From IMG/VR virus record IMGVR_UViG_3300042860_002166, positions 1 to 54,673 of that record: DNA of 54,673 nt, one strand, 5' to 3'. Below are positions 1 through 7,989 of the stretch, one piece after another. The DNA comes from a virus (taxonomy: Duplodnaviria; Caudoviricetes). Each line of letters begins with the position of its first letter. Within the stretch, counting starts at the first letter, position 1. Below the pieces are notes generated by a model that saw only the letters and a program-made list of their open reading frames with translations, did no database searches and was not told where the DNA came from. The position numbers were made by a program, and so were the translations under genes.

Positions 1-1
1 C

Positions 2-577
2 AACGTCCACCAAGTTTATCTGTGGGGCGACGGGATACAGTTTGAAAACAATCTGTGTCAAGCGAGCGTGCTGGCGTTTGGGCCGAATCCAAACATCGAA
101 GGCAATACTATCGTCGCTGACCGCTGTATTCTGCTTGGCGGGACTCAGGGCGGCTCGACAGCCAGCGGTGGCGGCAATAACTACACGATTCGCAATAACG
201 TGCTGATTGGGTTCGATGATGATTGCTATAGCGACTACGCATTTAACGGAGCGTACCCGACAAACTTGGGCACGCTGGTCGCTGACATCGACGCCAATTA
301 TTACGTGACGCTGACCGGAGCTGCTGGGCTGGCAAGACTGACCGCAGCAGGCCTCACCGCAACCACGATGACGCAGCTTCGCAACCTCTGGCAGCAGTCG
401 GTTCTAAGCGGTTCAGGTTCGGGAGTTTGGGGAGACGCATCCAACAGCGACAACGACTTGGCCAGTTCGCATGTGACGGCTGGGGCTGGATACGATTCCG
501 CTGTTTCGCTTTGTGTTCAATCGGCGGAACTTAGCCGTAGTCAGTTGGCGTCACTTGATACAGCACTCAGGGCTTAG
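2..577 (+). CDS. 5'-truncated beta-helix/pectin-lyase-like protein (possible receptor-binding or depolymerase protein)
   Basis: Frame is open from the window edge. Repeating N/I/V-rich strands (NIEGNTIVAD, YTIRNNVLIG) are typical of right-handed beta-helices. Confidence 0.5.
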   Translation, partial: NVHQVYLWGDGIQFENNLCQASVLAFGPNPNIEGNTIVADRCILLGGTQGGSTASGGGNNYTIRNNVLIGFDDDCYSDYAFNGAYPTNLGTLVADIDANYYVTLTGAAGLARLTAAGLTATTMTQLRNLWQQSVLSGSGSGVWGDASNSDNDLASSHVTAGAGYDSAVSLCVQSAELSRSQLASLDTALRA

Positions 578-649
578 CGCGTGGTCGAAGCGTCTGACGC
601 AGAAGACGATGATAATGGCGTGGGCGACTACTAAAAAGGATGGATGATT

Positions 650-712
650 ATGTGTAAAAAGGGCAAGTGTACCTGCGGCGGAAAGTGCGGCAAGGGAACG
701 GGTGGCAAGTGA
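650..712 (+). CDS. 20-aa Cys/Lys/Gly micropeptide (MCKKGKCTCGGKCGKGTGGK)
   Basis: AAGGA SD upstream. Its stop overlaps the GTG of the next ORF (GTGA at 709-712). Confidence 0.35.
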   Translation: MCKKGKCTCGGKCGKGTGGK

Positions 713-891
713 GCGACGGGCGCCCTGATGGGGTGGATATCGTCCTCTGGCTAGTGGCGCTGGCCGGGTTGTCATTTGCGATTGGGTACGAGACGGGATC
801 TCGCAGGGTTAAAGCCGAAGCCTTGCGGAACGGGTCAGCGCTGGAGAGCGTCGATCTGGAGACTGGCAAAATGAGGTGGGAGTGGAAATGA
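709..891 (+). CDS. small membrane protein
   Basis: One hydrophobic segment (IVLWLVALAGLSFAIGY). ATGA overlap with the next gene. Confidence 0.55.
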   Translation: MSDGRPDGVDIVLWLVALAGLSFAIGYETGSRRVKAEALRNGSALESVDLETGKMRWEWK

Positions 892-1280
892 GCGAGGGAG
901 AAAATTCGAGGGTCAGGGGGGATGCGTTATTCTCCCGGCGTGGCACAGAGTCCGAGGATATGCGATTGATTCGCCGCTCGATACGCAACGGCTGGCCTGT
1001 GAGCGATGAAATTCGGAGGAAGGTAATGGAGCGCGTCGAGGGGATTCTCGACAACTCTAGCGATAGTCGGGACGTTATCAACGCTTCCAAGGTGGCGATT
1101 CAGGCGGACGGGCTTAATGCCAAGCGCGAGGCGATGGAACTGGACGCGGAGAAGGGGCCGGAGATTCACCTCCATGCGCATACAGGGACGGAGGCGGCTC
1201 GGCAGGTTATCGAGAGCGAGCCGGATTATCTGGAGTACCTGCGGAATAAGGCGCTAGAGAGTGGTTCCTCAGATAGCTAG
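888..1280 (+). CDS. terS: putative terminase small subunit
   Basis: About 130 aa, helical, directly upstream of and overlapping TerL. Positional call. Confidence 0.6.
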   Translation: MSEGENSRVRGDALFSRRGTESEDMRLIRRSIRNGWPVSDEIRRKVMERVEGILDNSSDSRDVINASKVAIQADGLNAKREAMELDAEKGPEIHLHAHTGTEAARQVIESEPDYLEYLRNKALESGSSDS

Positions 1281-2604
1281 TCCGCTATTGTTTGCAACGT
1301 ATGCGAGCGCGGGGAAGTGGAAGCCTCAGCGGCATCTAGCTTACATCGACCGGAAGATCACGGACGCGCTCTCAGGCCGGGGGTCGAAGCGGTTACTCGT
1401 CACGATTCCACCGCGCCATGGCAAATCGGAGTTTATCTCCAAATGGTTCCCGGCGTGGTTCGTGGGGATGTATCCGAATAAGCGAGTCATGCTCGCCAGT
1501 TACGAGGCAGATTTTGCGGCTGGCTGGGGGCGTAAGGCGCGGGCGATTCTTGAGGAATGGGGGCACTTGTTCGGTGTTCAGGTAGACCCGGCTTCTCGCG
1601 CGGCAAATCGCTGGGGGATTCTCGGCGCGAGTGGCGGGATGCAAACTGCGGGAGCTGGTGGCCCACTTACGGGCTCGGGCGCAGATATTCTCGTGGTCGA
1701 TGATGCAATCAAAAATTCTGAGGAAGCGGGATCCGACACGATCCGCTCAAAGCTCTGGGATTGGTGGCTCTCGACAGCCTACAGCCGAATCGAGCCGGGC
1801 GGAACTGCGATTGTCCTGCATACGCGATGGCACGAGGACGACCTGATCGGGCGTCTGATTCAGGAGATGGATAACGGGGGCGAGCCTTGGGAGGTGATTA
1901 ACTTCCCCGCGATAGCCGAGGAGCATGACGTACTAGGCCGGAAACCGGGGGAGTCGCTTTGGCCCGCGCGGTACGACGAAAAAGCTCTTGAGCGGATCAA
2001 GAACACTATCGGCCCCTACTGGTGGTCGAGCCTGTATCAGCAGAGACCGAGCCCGCTAGAAGGTGGGATGTTCAAACGGGAATGGTTCAAGGTGGTCGAG
2101 GAGCCGGGGAAGATTGTTAAGCGCTGCCGGTACTGGGATTTGGCGGCTACTCAAGGGGGTGGGGATTACACGGTAGGCGCTTTAATTGGACTAAATGACG
2201 AGGGGGATTATATACTTCTCGATGTGGTGCGCGGTCAGTGGGAGCCTCACAGGCGTGACGCGATCATTCAGGCTACGGCAGCGAGTGACGGGCGGGAAGT
2301 GATGGTCCGCGCGGAGCAAGAGCCGGGAGCCTCGGGCGTGGCACAAATTGACGCGATGACTCGAAGGCTGACGGGGTATCGGTTCAAGGGTGAGAAGGTG
2401 ACTGGGGACAAGGTAGTCCGGGCCGACGCGGCATCAAGCCAAGCGGGCATCGGGCGGATTAAGTTACTCAAGGGGGAGTGGAATCGGGCGTTCCTTGACG
2501 AGGTGACGATGTTTCCCAATGGGAAGCATGATGACCAAGTGGACGCCTTTAGCGGGGCGTTTAACGCGCTAACCAAACCAGTATCTAGTTTCTGTGTAGC
2601 ATAG
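1261..2604 (+). CDS. terL: terminase large subunit
   Basis: Walker A-like PPRHGKS, Walker B-like ILVVDD, TRWHEDDL, nuclease motifs YWDLA and HDDQVDA. Confidence 0.95.
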   Translation: MVPQIASPLLFATYASAGKWKPQRHLAYIDRKITDALSGRGSKRLLVTIPPRHGKSEFISKWFPAWFVGMYPNKRVMLASYEADFAAGWGRKARAILEEWGHLFGVQVDPASRAANRWGILGASGGMQTAGAGGPLTGSGADILVVDDAIKNSEEAGSDTIRSKLWDWWLSTAYSRIEPGGTAIVLHTRWHEDDLIGRLIQEMDNGGEPWEVINFPAIAEEHDVLGRKPGESLWPARYDEKALERIKNTIGPYWWSSLYQQRPSPLEGGMFKREWFKVVEEPGKIVKRCRYWDLAATQGGGDYTVGALIGLNDEGDYILLDVVRGQWEPHRRDAIIQATAASDGREVMVRAEQEPGASGVAQIDAMTRRLTGYRFKGEKVTGDKVVRADAASSQAGIGRIKLLKGEWNRAFLDEVTMFPNGKHDDQVDAFSGAFNALTKPVSSFCVA

Positions 2605-2616
2605 GATATTTTAGGT

Positions 2617-5600
2617 ATGCCAAGGTCTGAAGAAATCGCAAAGGCAATGGCTGAGATGGACCGCTTTAATCAGCAGCCCCGCGCTACTGTTATCGAGGAG
2701 CGATACGAGAAGCGCGTAGCGAGCGTGGGCGGTTCCTATGGCGGGCTGGCTGAGCTAATGAGCCAAGGCAGGCCGGGCAATTGGGCGAGCGACCACAAGG
2801 CAGAGGCAGAGAAATACTCGGGCTGGCATTACGTGGCGATCTCGGCTATCGGCAAGGCGATCCGCTCCTGTGATGTTGAAGCCTACCAAGAGCCGGTAAG
2901 GGAATACTCCAAGGCTTACAACGCGGAGGATGATGATTCGGCTCCGCTTCCGAAGTGGCATCCCCTGATGAAGATTCTGAAGCGGCCTAGCGCGAGTCAA
3001 TCGGGCGCGAGCTTCCGGGAAGAGGTGGCTATCCAGCTTTGCCTCACGGGCAGCGCTTTGATCTGGAACGTGCCAAACCAAATGGGCCGGACGGTCGAGC
3101 GGTACATCATCCCTACGGCGATTGCCGAACCAAGACAACCTGAGAAGGGACTTCCCAAGGGCGGCTGGTACATTAACCCCGAGGTAGCCCGGTGGCAGGT
3201 AGAGAATGGCTGGTTCCTTTACACGGGACTAGCGCAGGCTATCGGCAAGGTAATCGACGCGCGAGACGTTCAGGTTATCCGGTTCATTCACCCGACCTTT
3301 AAGGATGAGGGGCAGAGCCCGGTTAGCGCGGGCGCCTTGTGGACTGACACGAGCGAGAAGATTGACGTATCCCGCCACGCCCACTTGCGGAACGGTTCCG
3401 ATCCCTCAGTGATTATCGGGATTGATGGGGTCGAGGACGAATCGACTCTCCAGCGAATGAGCGCGAAGTTCAATGAGAAATACGCTGGACCGAGCAAGCA
3501 CGGGAAAGCGATGTTTGTGAACGGGCAGAATGTCAAGGTGGAGCCGGTAACGCGGACTCCTGCCGAGATGGCCTATGAGGGGGCGTTCGCTCAGTTCCGG
3601 GACGCGATTATGGCGCTGCATGGGGTAACGCCTATCGCAGCCGGTATCGAAGCGCCTAGCGGTGATGATGGGCTCTACGCGCCGCTGAAGCAGTTTATCG
3701 CGGGAACGGTTCAGCCGATTCTCGACCTTATGGCGGAAGAGGATACCGAGCAGCTCGCTAGTCAGTTTGGCGAGGGGCTGACGGTCTTCTACACCGCTCG
3801 ATCTATCGACGACGCAAAGCTGACCGAGCAGCAAATTAACACCGATATCGCAGCCGGGGCGATTGAGGTAGACGAGATCCGCAAGCTCCGAGGGAGGAAG
3901 CCGTGGGGCGGTGAGAAGGGGAAAGCGGTAGCCGGGCAGGGACCGAAGCAGGAAGGGCCGGGAGGTCTGCCGGGTCTGAATCAGGGGGTTCCGGGATTAG
4001 ACGCGCCAAAGCCTCCAGCAGGCCCACAGGCGAGCGTTCCGGGTCAGCCCGCCCAACCAGCCAAGACACCGGAACAAATCGCAGAGGAGGCCGTAGCGAA
4101 GGCTCTAGCGGCCTTTGAGGATAGGATATCGGTCTTGCTCAAGAGTGGCAGCGATTGCGGCGCGAACGGTCCCGGAGGCGGAGGGTTTCAGGCTGGCAAC
4201 GATTGCGGGGGAAAGCGGGGAGGCAAATGGAGTGAAATGGCCGGTGGTGCAGGGGCAATCGCTGAGGCGGAAAATCAGATTCGCGGCTCCAAGTCAGAGG
4301 TTGCTGTTATTTTTAACCCTGACGGTAAAGAGCTATTTCGGGTGAACGGGATCGAGAATAAGGTAAAATTTACCGATCAAGAATATTCAAAATTTAGCGG
4401 CAAGATTATTACGCACAACCATCCGAGCGATTCAGGCCAACTGGGAACAACTTTTTCCGACCAAGATTTAGCCCTTGCCATAAATGCCAACTTAAAAGAA
4501 TTAAGGTTGGTTGGTTTAGACGGGTCTACTCATTCAATAAAACCATCCGGGGAATCTTGGCCGGATCTTGACGATGTGAATTCAGCCCTAAAAAAAGAGA
4601 GAGCGAAGCTAAAAAAAGAAATCAAGGCTGGCAAGCGTTCTATGTTTGATAACGTAACGCGAATATCTCTGGAAAATGTCTCCGCCAGACTTGGTATTAG
4701 TTATACGCAAGAAAGCAACCGTAAAGCCAAGTCCCTCTCCAAGAGCGCTGACGGATGTGGCGCCAATGCACAGGGCGGAGGTGGATTCCAGCCCGGTAAT
4801 ACTTGTGGGAAGCGGGACGGTAGCGAGGGGGAGTCTCAGGGCGGAGACGCCCGCAAGGTAAACGCTAAGGTACTGGCGTGGGCGAAAGAGAAGTTCGGTG
4901 ACGAGAAGGTAGCAGAGAACTTCGTGCGGTGGTTCGGTGATTCCAAGGTAGTCGATGATGACGGGAACCCGCAGATAGTTTATCACGGAACTACTGGAAA
5001 GTTTGAAAATGTTTTCGACCCAGCAAAGGGGGAGCTAGGAAATCACTTTGGAACTCAGGAAGTAGCAGATGGTTTTGCATCTCGCTTCAATGAATCTGGC
5101 AAGGGAAATCGCGTTTACCCTGCGTTTCTGTCAATAAAAAATCCTTTGAAGATGGTTGATAAGGGCCAATGGGATAACCTTCAAGTTTTGGAGACTTTGG
5201 TCGCCAATGGAAAGATGACACAGAAAGAGGCTGACGACTGGCAATCAGGATTTCAAGAAAGATGGTCGGCTCATAACTGGAAGAGTGGGCCTTACCCGCG
5301 ACAGCAAGAGACAGTGAATTTACTTTCGTCTCATGGGTATGACGGCATAGAATATATCAATCGACGGGAAGGGATTAAACTCCCAAAGGACTTATCTGAG
5401 AATACCAGCAGGCTTAATGGGCTCTCGGATAATGAGTTTCTTGAGCGAGTGCCAAACGCTACCACGAGCTATATCTCTATCTACCCCAATCAAATCAAGT
5501 CCGCTACGGGCAACTCAGGGACGTTCGACCCCGACAATCCGAACATAACCAAGAGCGCTCCCTCAGAGGGCTATCGGCCTCCAGTCTCGGCACAGAGCAA

Positions 5601-7989
5601 CGCGAGAAAAGTCCTTCGATGGAAGCGCGAACACGGGGACGCGGTACAGGGGATGACCGCGACGGGTTGGGCTCGGGCTCGGCAGCTCGCAAGCGGGAAG
5701 AAGGTCAGCCGGGAGACGGTGGGCCGAATGGCGGCATTTGCGCGGCATCGAAAGAACAGCAAGGTAAACCCCAAGTTCCGCGCTGAGCCGTGGCGAGATG
5801 CGGGATACGTGGCGTGGCTGGGCTGGGGTGGTGACTCGGGGATCAACTGGGCAGCGGGAATCGTGGCTGGTGAGGGGAAGAGCGGGAGTGACTGCGGGGC
5901 GAATCAGCCGGGAGGTGGCGGCTTCCGCGCGGGCAACACTTGCGGGAAAGAGGACGGCGGCTCAGGTGATTCGGGTAGCTCGAAGGTTCGCCAGTGGGCA
6001 GAAAAGAAGTTTAAGGACAAGCAGACCGCCGAGAACTTTGCTAAGTGGTTCGGGGACTCTAAGTTTGTTGACGAAAACGGCGAACCGATAGCCGTGTACC
6101 ACGGGACTTCTACGGGGTTCACGGAGTTTCGCAATACAGGGGCAAGGCTTCCGTCAATTGGTTACGGGTTTTACTTTTCACCAGATGCGGACGTTGCATC
6201 GACTTATGCGACAGGAGAAACCCCGCAGGTAATGCAGGTTTACTTGCAAGCGGACAAGGTTTTAGACTGGGATAACCTAAGCAAGTCTGACCGGGAAGCA
6301 GTTGAAAATAGATTGGTCGGTATTGTTCCAGATGACAGGCTAGCTGGTTTTGGTTCGCCGCAGCAGCGGGCATTTTCTAGAGAGCAAGACGATGAAGCCG
6401 AGGCGTTTTATAGGAAAAAAAAGAAAGAGACCGCTCACCTGTACCATGACCGCGCGAAGGCTAGAGTAGATTTTACTGAAGATGGTACGGTGATTTCTTG
6501 GATGGAGCCGGGGCTTGGTAGCGCAACCGATAGCAACCTGAGAACGCTGGCGCAAGAATACGATATGCAGATTGGCGAATCGCTTGGCTATGATGCTGTC
6601 AGAAGCGGTCTTGAGATTGTCGTATTCCGCCCCAATCAAATCAAATCGGCTACCGGCAACTCAGGTGCTTTCTCGCCGGACTCCCGAGATATCACGAAGT
6701 CCTCTGGCTGCGGTGCTAACGCTCAAGGCGGTGGCGGATTCCAGCCGGGTAATACCTGCGCGAGAGAGGACGGGGGCGGAGATGAATCGGGCGACGATTA
6801 CCGAGGAAACCATCGGGCGCCGGGAAGGGATTCAGGCGCCCCCCTCCATGATGTGACCGGGAACGGGGAATACTACCCTGATGATATCTACGGCCCGAAG
6901 GCTGTAAGGCTCTACAACACTGGGAGCGGGAATAAAGAGATGGACGCCAAGTCTATCAAGATTATTCAGTCTCTCCGTGGAAAGCCGGATGCTGAGGTGA
7001 CGATCTACCGAGCGGTTCCGAAAGACACAGATGGAAAAATCAATCCCGGTGACTGGGTAACGATTAACCGTGATTACGCTGTCACTCATGGCGAGGGGCC
7101 GCTTCGTGGCGAATATAGGATAATGGAGCTGAAGGTTCGCGCGTCTGACGTTTTCACTAGCGCGGACAGCATCCACGAGTACGGCTACGACCCTGCCGAG
7201 CGCTCTAAGTCCGGCTCAGACTGCGGCGCCAATGCCGAAGGGGGTGGGGGATTTCAACCGGGAAATAGTTGCGCGAGAGGTGATGGCTCTAAGAGTGGAG
7301 CCGGTGTAATCATTAACGCAAAAGACGCCGCAACTGCCATCGCAAAAGAGGTAATCAAATGGGCGGAGAAAATGAAGCAACAAGATCGGTTGGCTGGGGA
7401 AATGCCGACAGAGGAAGAAGTTAAACAAAATTGGATGAAGCTGTTTCGTAGTCGAAAGCTAAACGAAGGCGACAAAACGGCATTTGCAGAATTGAACCCT
7501 GAGCTAGAATCCTCGATACGCGATGCGGTACAGCAAAACAGCTCAAACCCTGCTTTTCAGGAATTTGTTAAAATTCACGGCGAGTCTCCCGTTATTTACC
7601 GGCGCCAAGAAAAAGGACGAAGCCCAGCAGCGGAATACCGAGGGGTGATTCACGTTTTCGACTCCCCTTTCTGGAAGGGCGAGGGAACGGATGAGCTAAA
7701 ACCGGGCAAGGCTACAGCCGGTGGCATGGGAGGCTATGCGGCTGTCATTCGGCATGAATACGGCCACAAGCTATACGGCGGGCTGACTGTTGACCAGCAA
7801 AGGGAGTGGAGTGGTCTAGTCTCCGCAGTCAAGGATGTAGGAAAAGGTTTAACATCCTACGCAACAAAGAACCCAGAAGAAACATTTTGCGAGTTGTTCG
7901 CGGTTACGACAGACAAGCGATTTAATCCGAGCAGTTTCCCGGATTGGGTGAATCAATTAAGGATTAAACAGAGAGAGTGGTTATTATGA
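2617..7989 (+). CDS. portal protein (about aa 1-440) fused to a roughly 1280-aa multi-module effector extension
   Basis: Follows TerL. HK97-like portal motifs (HPLMKILKRP, LCLTGSALI, GQSPVSA, VDEIRKLRGRKP), then a Pro/Gly linker and repeat-delimited modules. Confidence 0.9.
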   Translation: MPRSEEIAKAMAEMDRFNQQPRATVIEERYEKRVASVGGSYGGLAELMSQGRPGNWASDHKAEAEKYSGWHYVAISAIGKAIRSCDVEAYQEPVREYSKAYNAEDDDSAPLPKWHPLMKILKRPSASQSGASFREEVAIQLCLTGSALIWNVPNQMGRTVERYIIPTAIAEPRQPEKGLPKGGWYINPEVARWQVENGWFLYTGLAQAIGKVIDARDVQVIRFIHPTFKDEGQSPVSAGALWTDTSEKIDVSRHAHLRNGSDPSVIIGIDGVEDESTLQRMSAKFNEKYAGPSKHGKAMFVNGQNVKVEPVTRTPAEMAYEGAFAQFRDAIMALHGVTPIAAGIEAPSGDDGLYAPLKQFIAGTVQPILDLMAEEDTEQLASQFGEGLTVFYTARSIDDAKLTEQQINTDIAAGAIEVDEIRKLRGRKPWGGEKGKAVAGQGPKQEGPGGLPGLNQGVPGLDAPKPPAGPQASVPGQPAQPAKTPEQIAEEAVAKALAAFEDRISVLLKSGSDCGANGPGGGGFQAGNDCGGKRGGKWSEMAGGAGAIAEAENQIRGSKSEVAVIFNPDGKELFRVNGIENKVKFTDQEYSKFSGKIITHNHPSDSGQLGTTFSDQDLALAINANLKELRLVGLDGSTHSIKPSGESWPDLDDVNSALKKERAKLKKEIKAGKRSMFDNVTRISLENVSARLGISYTQESNRKAKSLSKSADGCGANAQGGGGFQPGNTCGKRDGSEGESQGGDARKVNAKVLAWAKEKFGDEKVAENFVRWFGDSKVVDDDGNPQIVYHGTTGKFENVFDPAKGELGNHFGTQEVADGFASRFNESGKGNRVYPAFLSIKNPLKMVDKGQWDNLQVLETLVANGKMTQKEADDWQSGFQERWSAHNWKSGPYPRQQETVNLLSSHGYDGIEYINRREGIKLPKDLSENTSRLNGLSDNEFLERVPNATTSYISIYPNQIKSATGNSGTFDPDNPNITKSAPSEGYRPPVSAQSNARKVLRWKREHGDAVQGMTATGWARARQLASGKKVSRETVGRMAAFARHRKNSKVNPKFRAEPWRDAGYVAWLGWGGDSGINWAAGIVAGEGKSGSDCGANQPGGGGFRAGNTCGKEDGGSGDSGSSKVRQWAEKKFKDKQTAENFAKWFGDSKFVDENGEPIAVYHGTSTGFTEFRNTGARLPSIGYGFYFSPDADVASTYATGETPQVMQVYLQADKVLDWDNLSKSDREAVENRLVGIVPDDRLAGFGSPQQRAFSREQDDEAEAFYRKKKKETAHLYHDRAKARVDFTEDGTVISWMEPGLGSATDSNLRTLAQEYDMQIGESLGYDAVRSGLEIVVFRPNQIKSATGNSGAFSPDSRDITKSSGCGANAQGGGGFQPGNTCAREDGGGDESGDDYRGNHRAPGRDSGAPLHDVTGNGEYYPDDIYGPKAVRLYNTGSGNKEMDAKSIKIIQSLRGKPDAEVTIYRAVPKDTDGKINPGDWVTINRDYAVTHGEGPLRGEYRIMELKVRASDVFTSADSIHEYGYDPAERSKSGSDCGANAEGGGGFQPGNSCARGDGSKSGAGVIINAKDAATAIAKEVIKWAEKMKQQDRLAGEMPTEEEVKQNWMKLFRSRKLNEGDKTAFAELNPELESSIRDAVQQNSSNPAFQEFVKIHGESPVIYRRQEKGRSPAAEYRGVIHVFDSPFWKGEGTDELKPGKATAGGMGGYAAVIRHEYGHKLYGGLTVDQQREWSGLVSAVKDVGKGLTSYATKNPEETFCELFAVTTDKRFNPSSFPDWVNQLRIKQREWLL
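4141..4209 (+). repeat. module-delimiting peptide repeat 1 (KSGSDCGANGPGGGGFQAGNDCG)
   Basis: Translated in frame. One of six copies. Confidence 0.95.
4210..4740 (+). other. portal-extension module A: JAB/MPN-like metallo-domain
   Basis: E...THNHPS-x-TFSDQD fits the JAMM pattern E-HxH-S-xx-D. AT-rich relative to flanks. Confidence 0.65.
4741..4809 (+). repeat. peptide repeat 2 (KSADGCGANAQGGGGFQPGNTCG)
   Basis: Translated in frame. Confidence 0.95.
4810..5556 (+). other. module B: ART-PolyVal-like ADP-ribosyltransferase domain (variant catalytic residues)
   Basis: F-x-x-WFGDSKVVD-x-G-x-P-x-VYHGT ... LSIKNP ... GYDGI ... PNQIKSATGNSGTFD, the signature of ARTs in phage polyvalent proteins. 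Confidence 0.75.
5557..5877 (+). other. module C: small conserved helical phage domain of unknown function
   Basis: GWARARQLA...TVGRMAAFARH...GYVAWLGWGGDSG. Resembles a domain I recall fused to phage head proteins. Bounded by KS sites. Confidence 0.5.
5878..5946 (+). repeat. peptide repeat 3 (KSGSDCGANQPGGGGFRAGNTCG)
   Basis: Translated in frame. Confidence 0.95.
5947..6696 (+). other. module D: second ART-PolyVal-like ADP-ribosyltransferase domain
   Basis: WFGDSKFVD...VYHGT...GFYFS...ASTYA...GYDAV...EIVVFRPNQIKSATGNSG. H-Y-E-type residues appear present. Confidence 0.8.
6697..6762 (+). repeat. peptide repeat 4 (KSSGCGANAQGGGGFQPGNTCA)
   Basis: Translated in frame. Confidence 0.95.
6763..7206 (+). 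other. module E: polyvalent-protein-associated domain, possibly ART-like fold
   Basis: VTIYRAVP...INPGDWVT...YAxxHG...HEYGY. The YR...T...E spacing is reminiscent of ARTs (inference). Confidence 0.4.
7207..7275 (+). repeat. peptide repeat 5 (KSGSDCGANAEGGGGFQPGNSCA)
   Basis: Translated in frame. Confidence 0.95.
7276..7989 (+). other. module F: zincin metallopeptidase (HExxH...E)
   Basis: VIRHEYGH followed by SYATKNPEETFCELF, a lethal-factor/MPTase-like pattern. Confidence 0.75.

Noticed and set aside
7981-7989. Sequencing frameshift or stop-codon readthrough joining the portal and the 7986 gene
   Set aside because: The junction is a standard ATGA coupling in a different frame with no slippery heptamer. 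Other genes show no sign of stop-codon reassignment.
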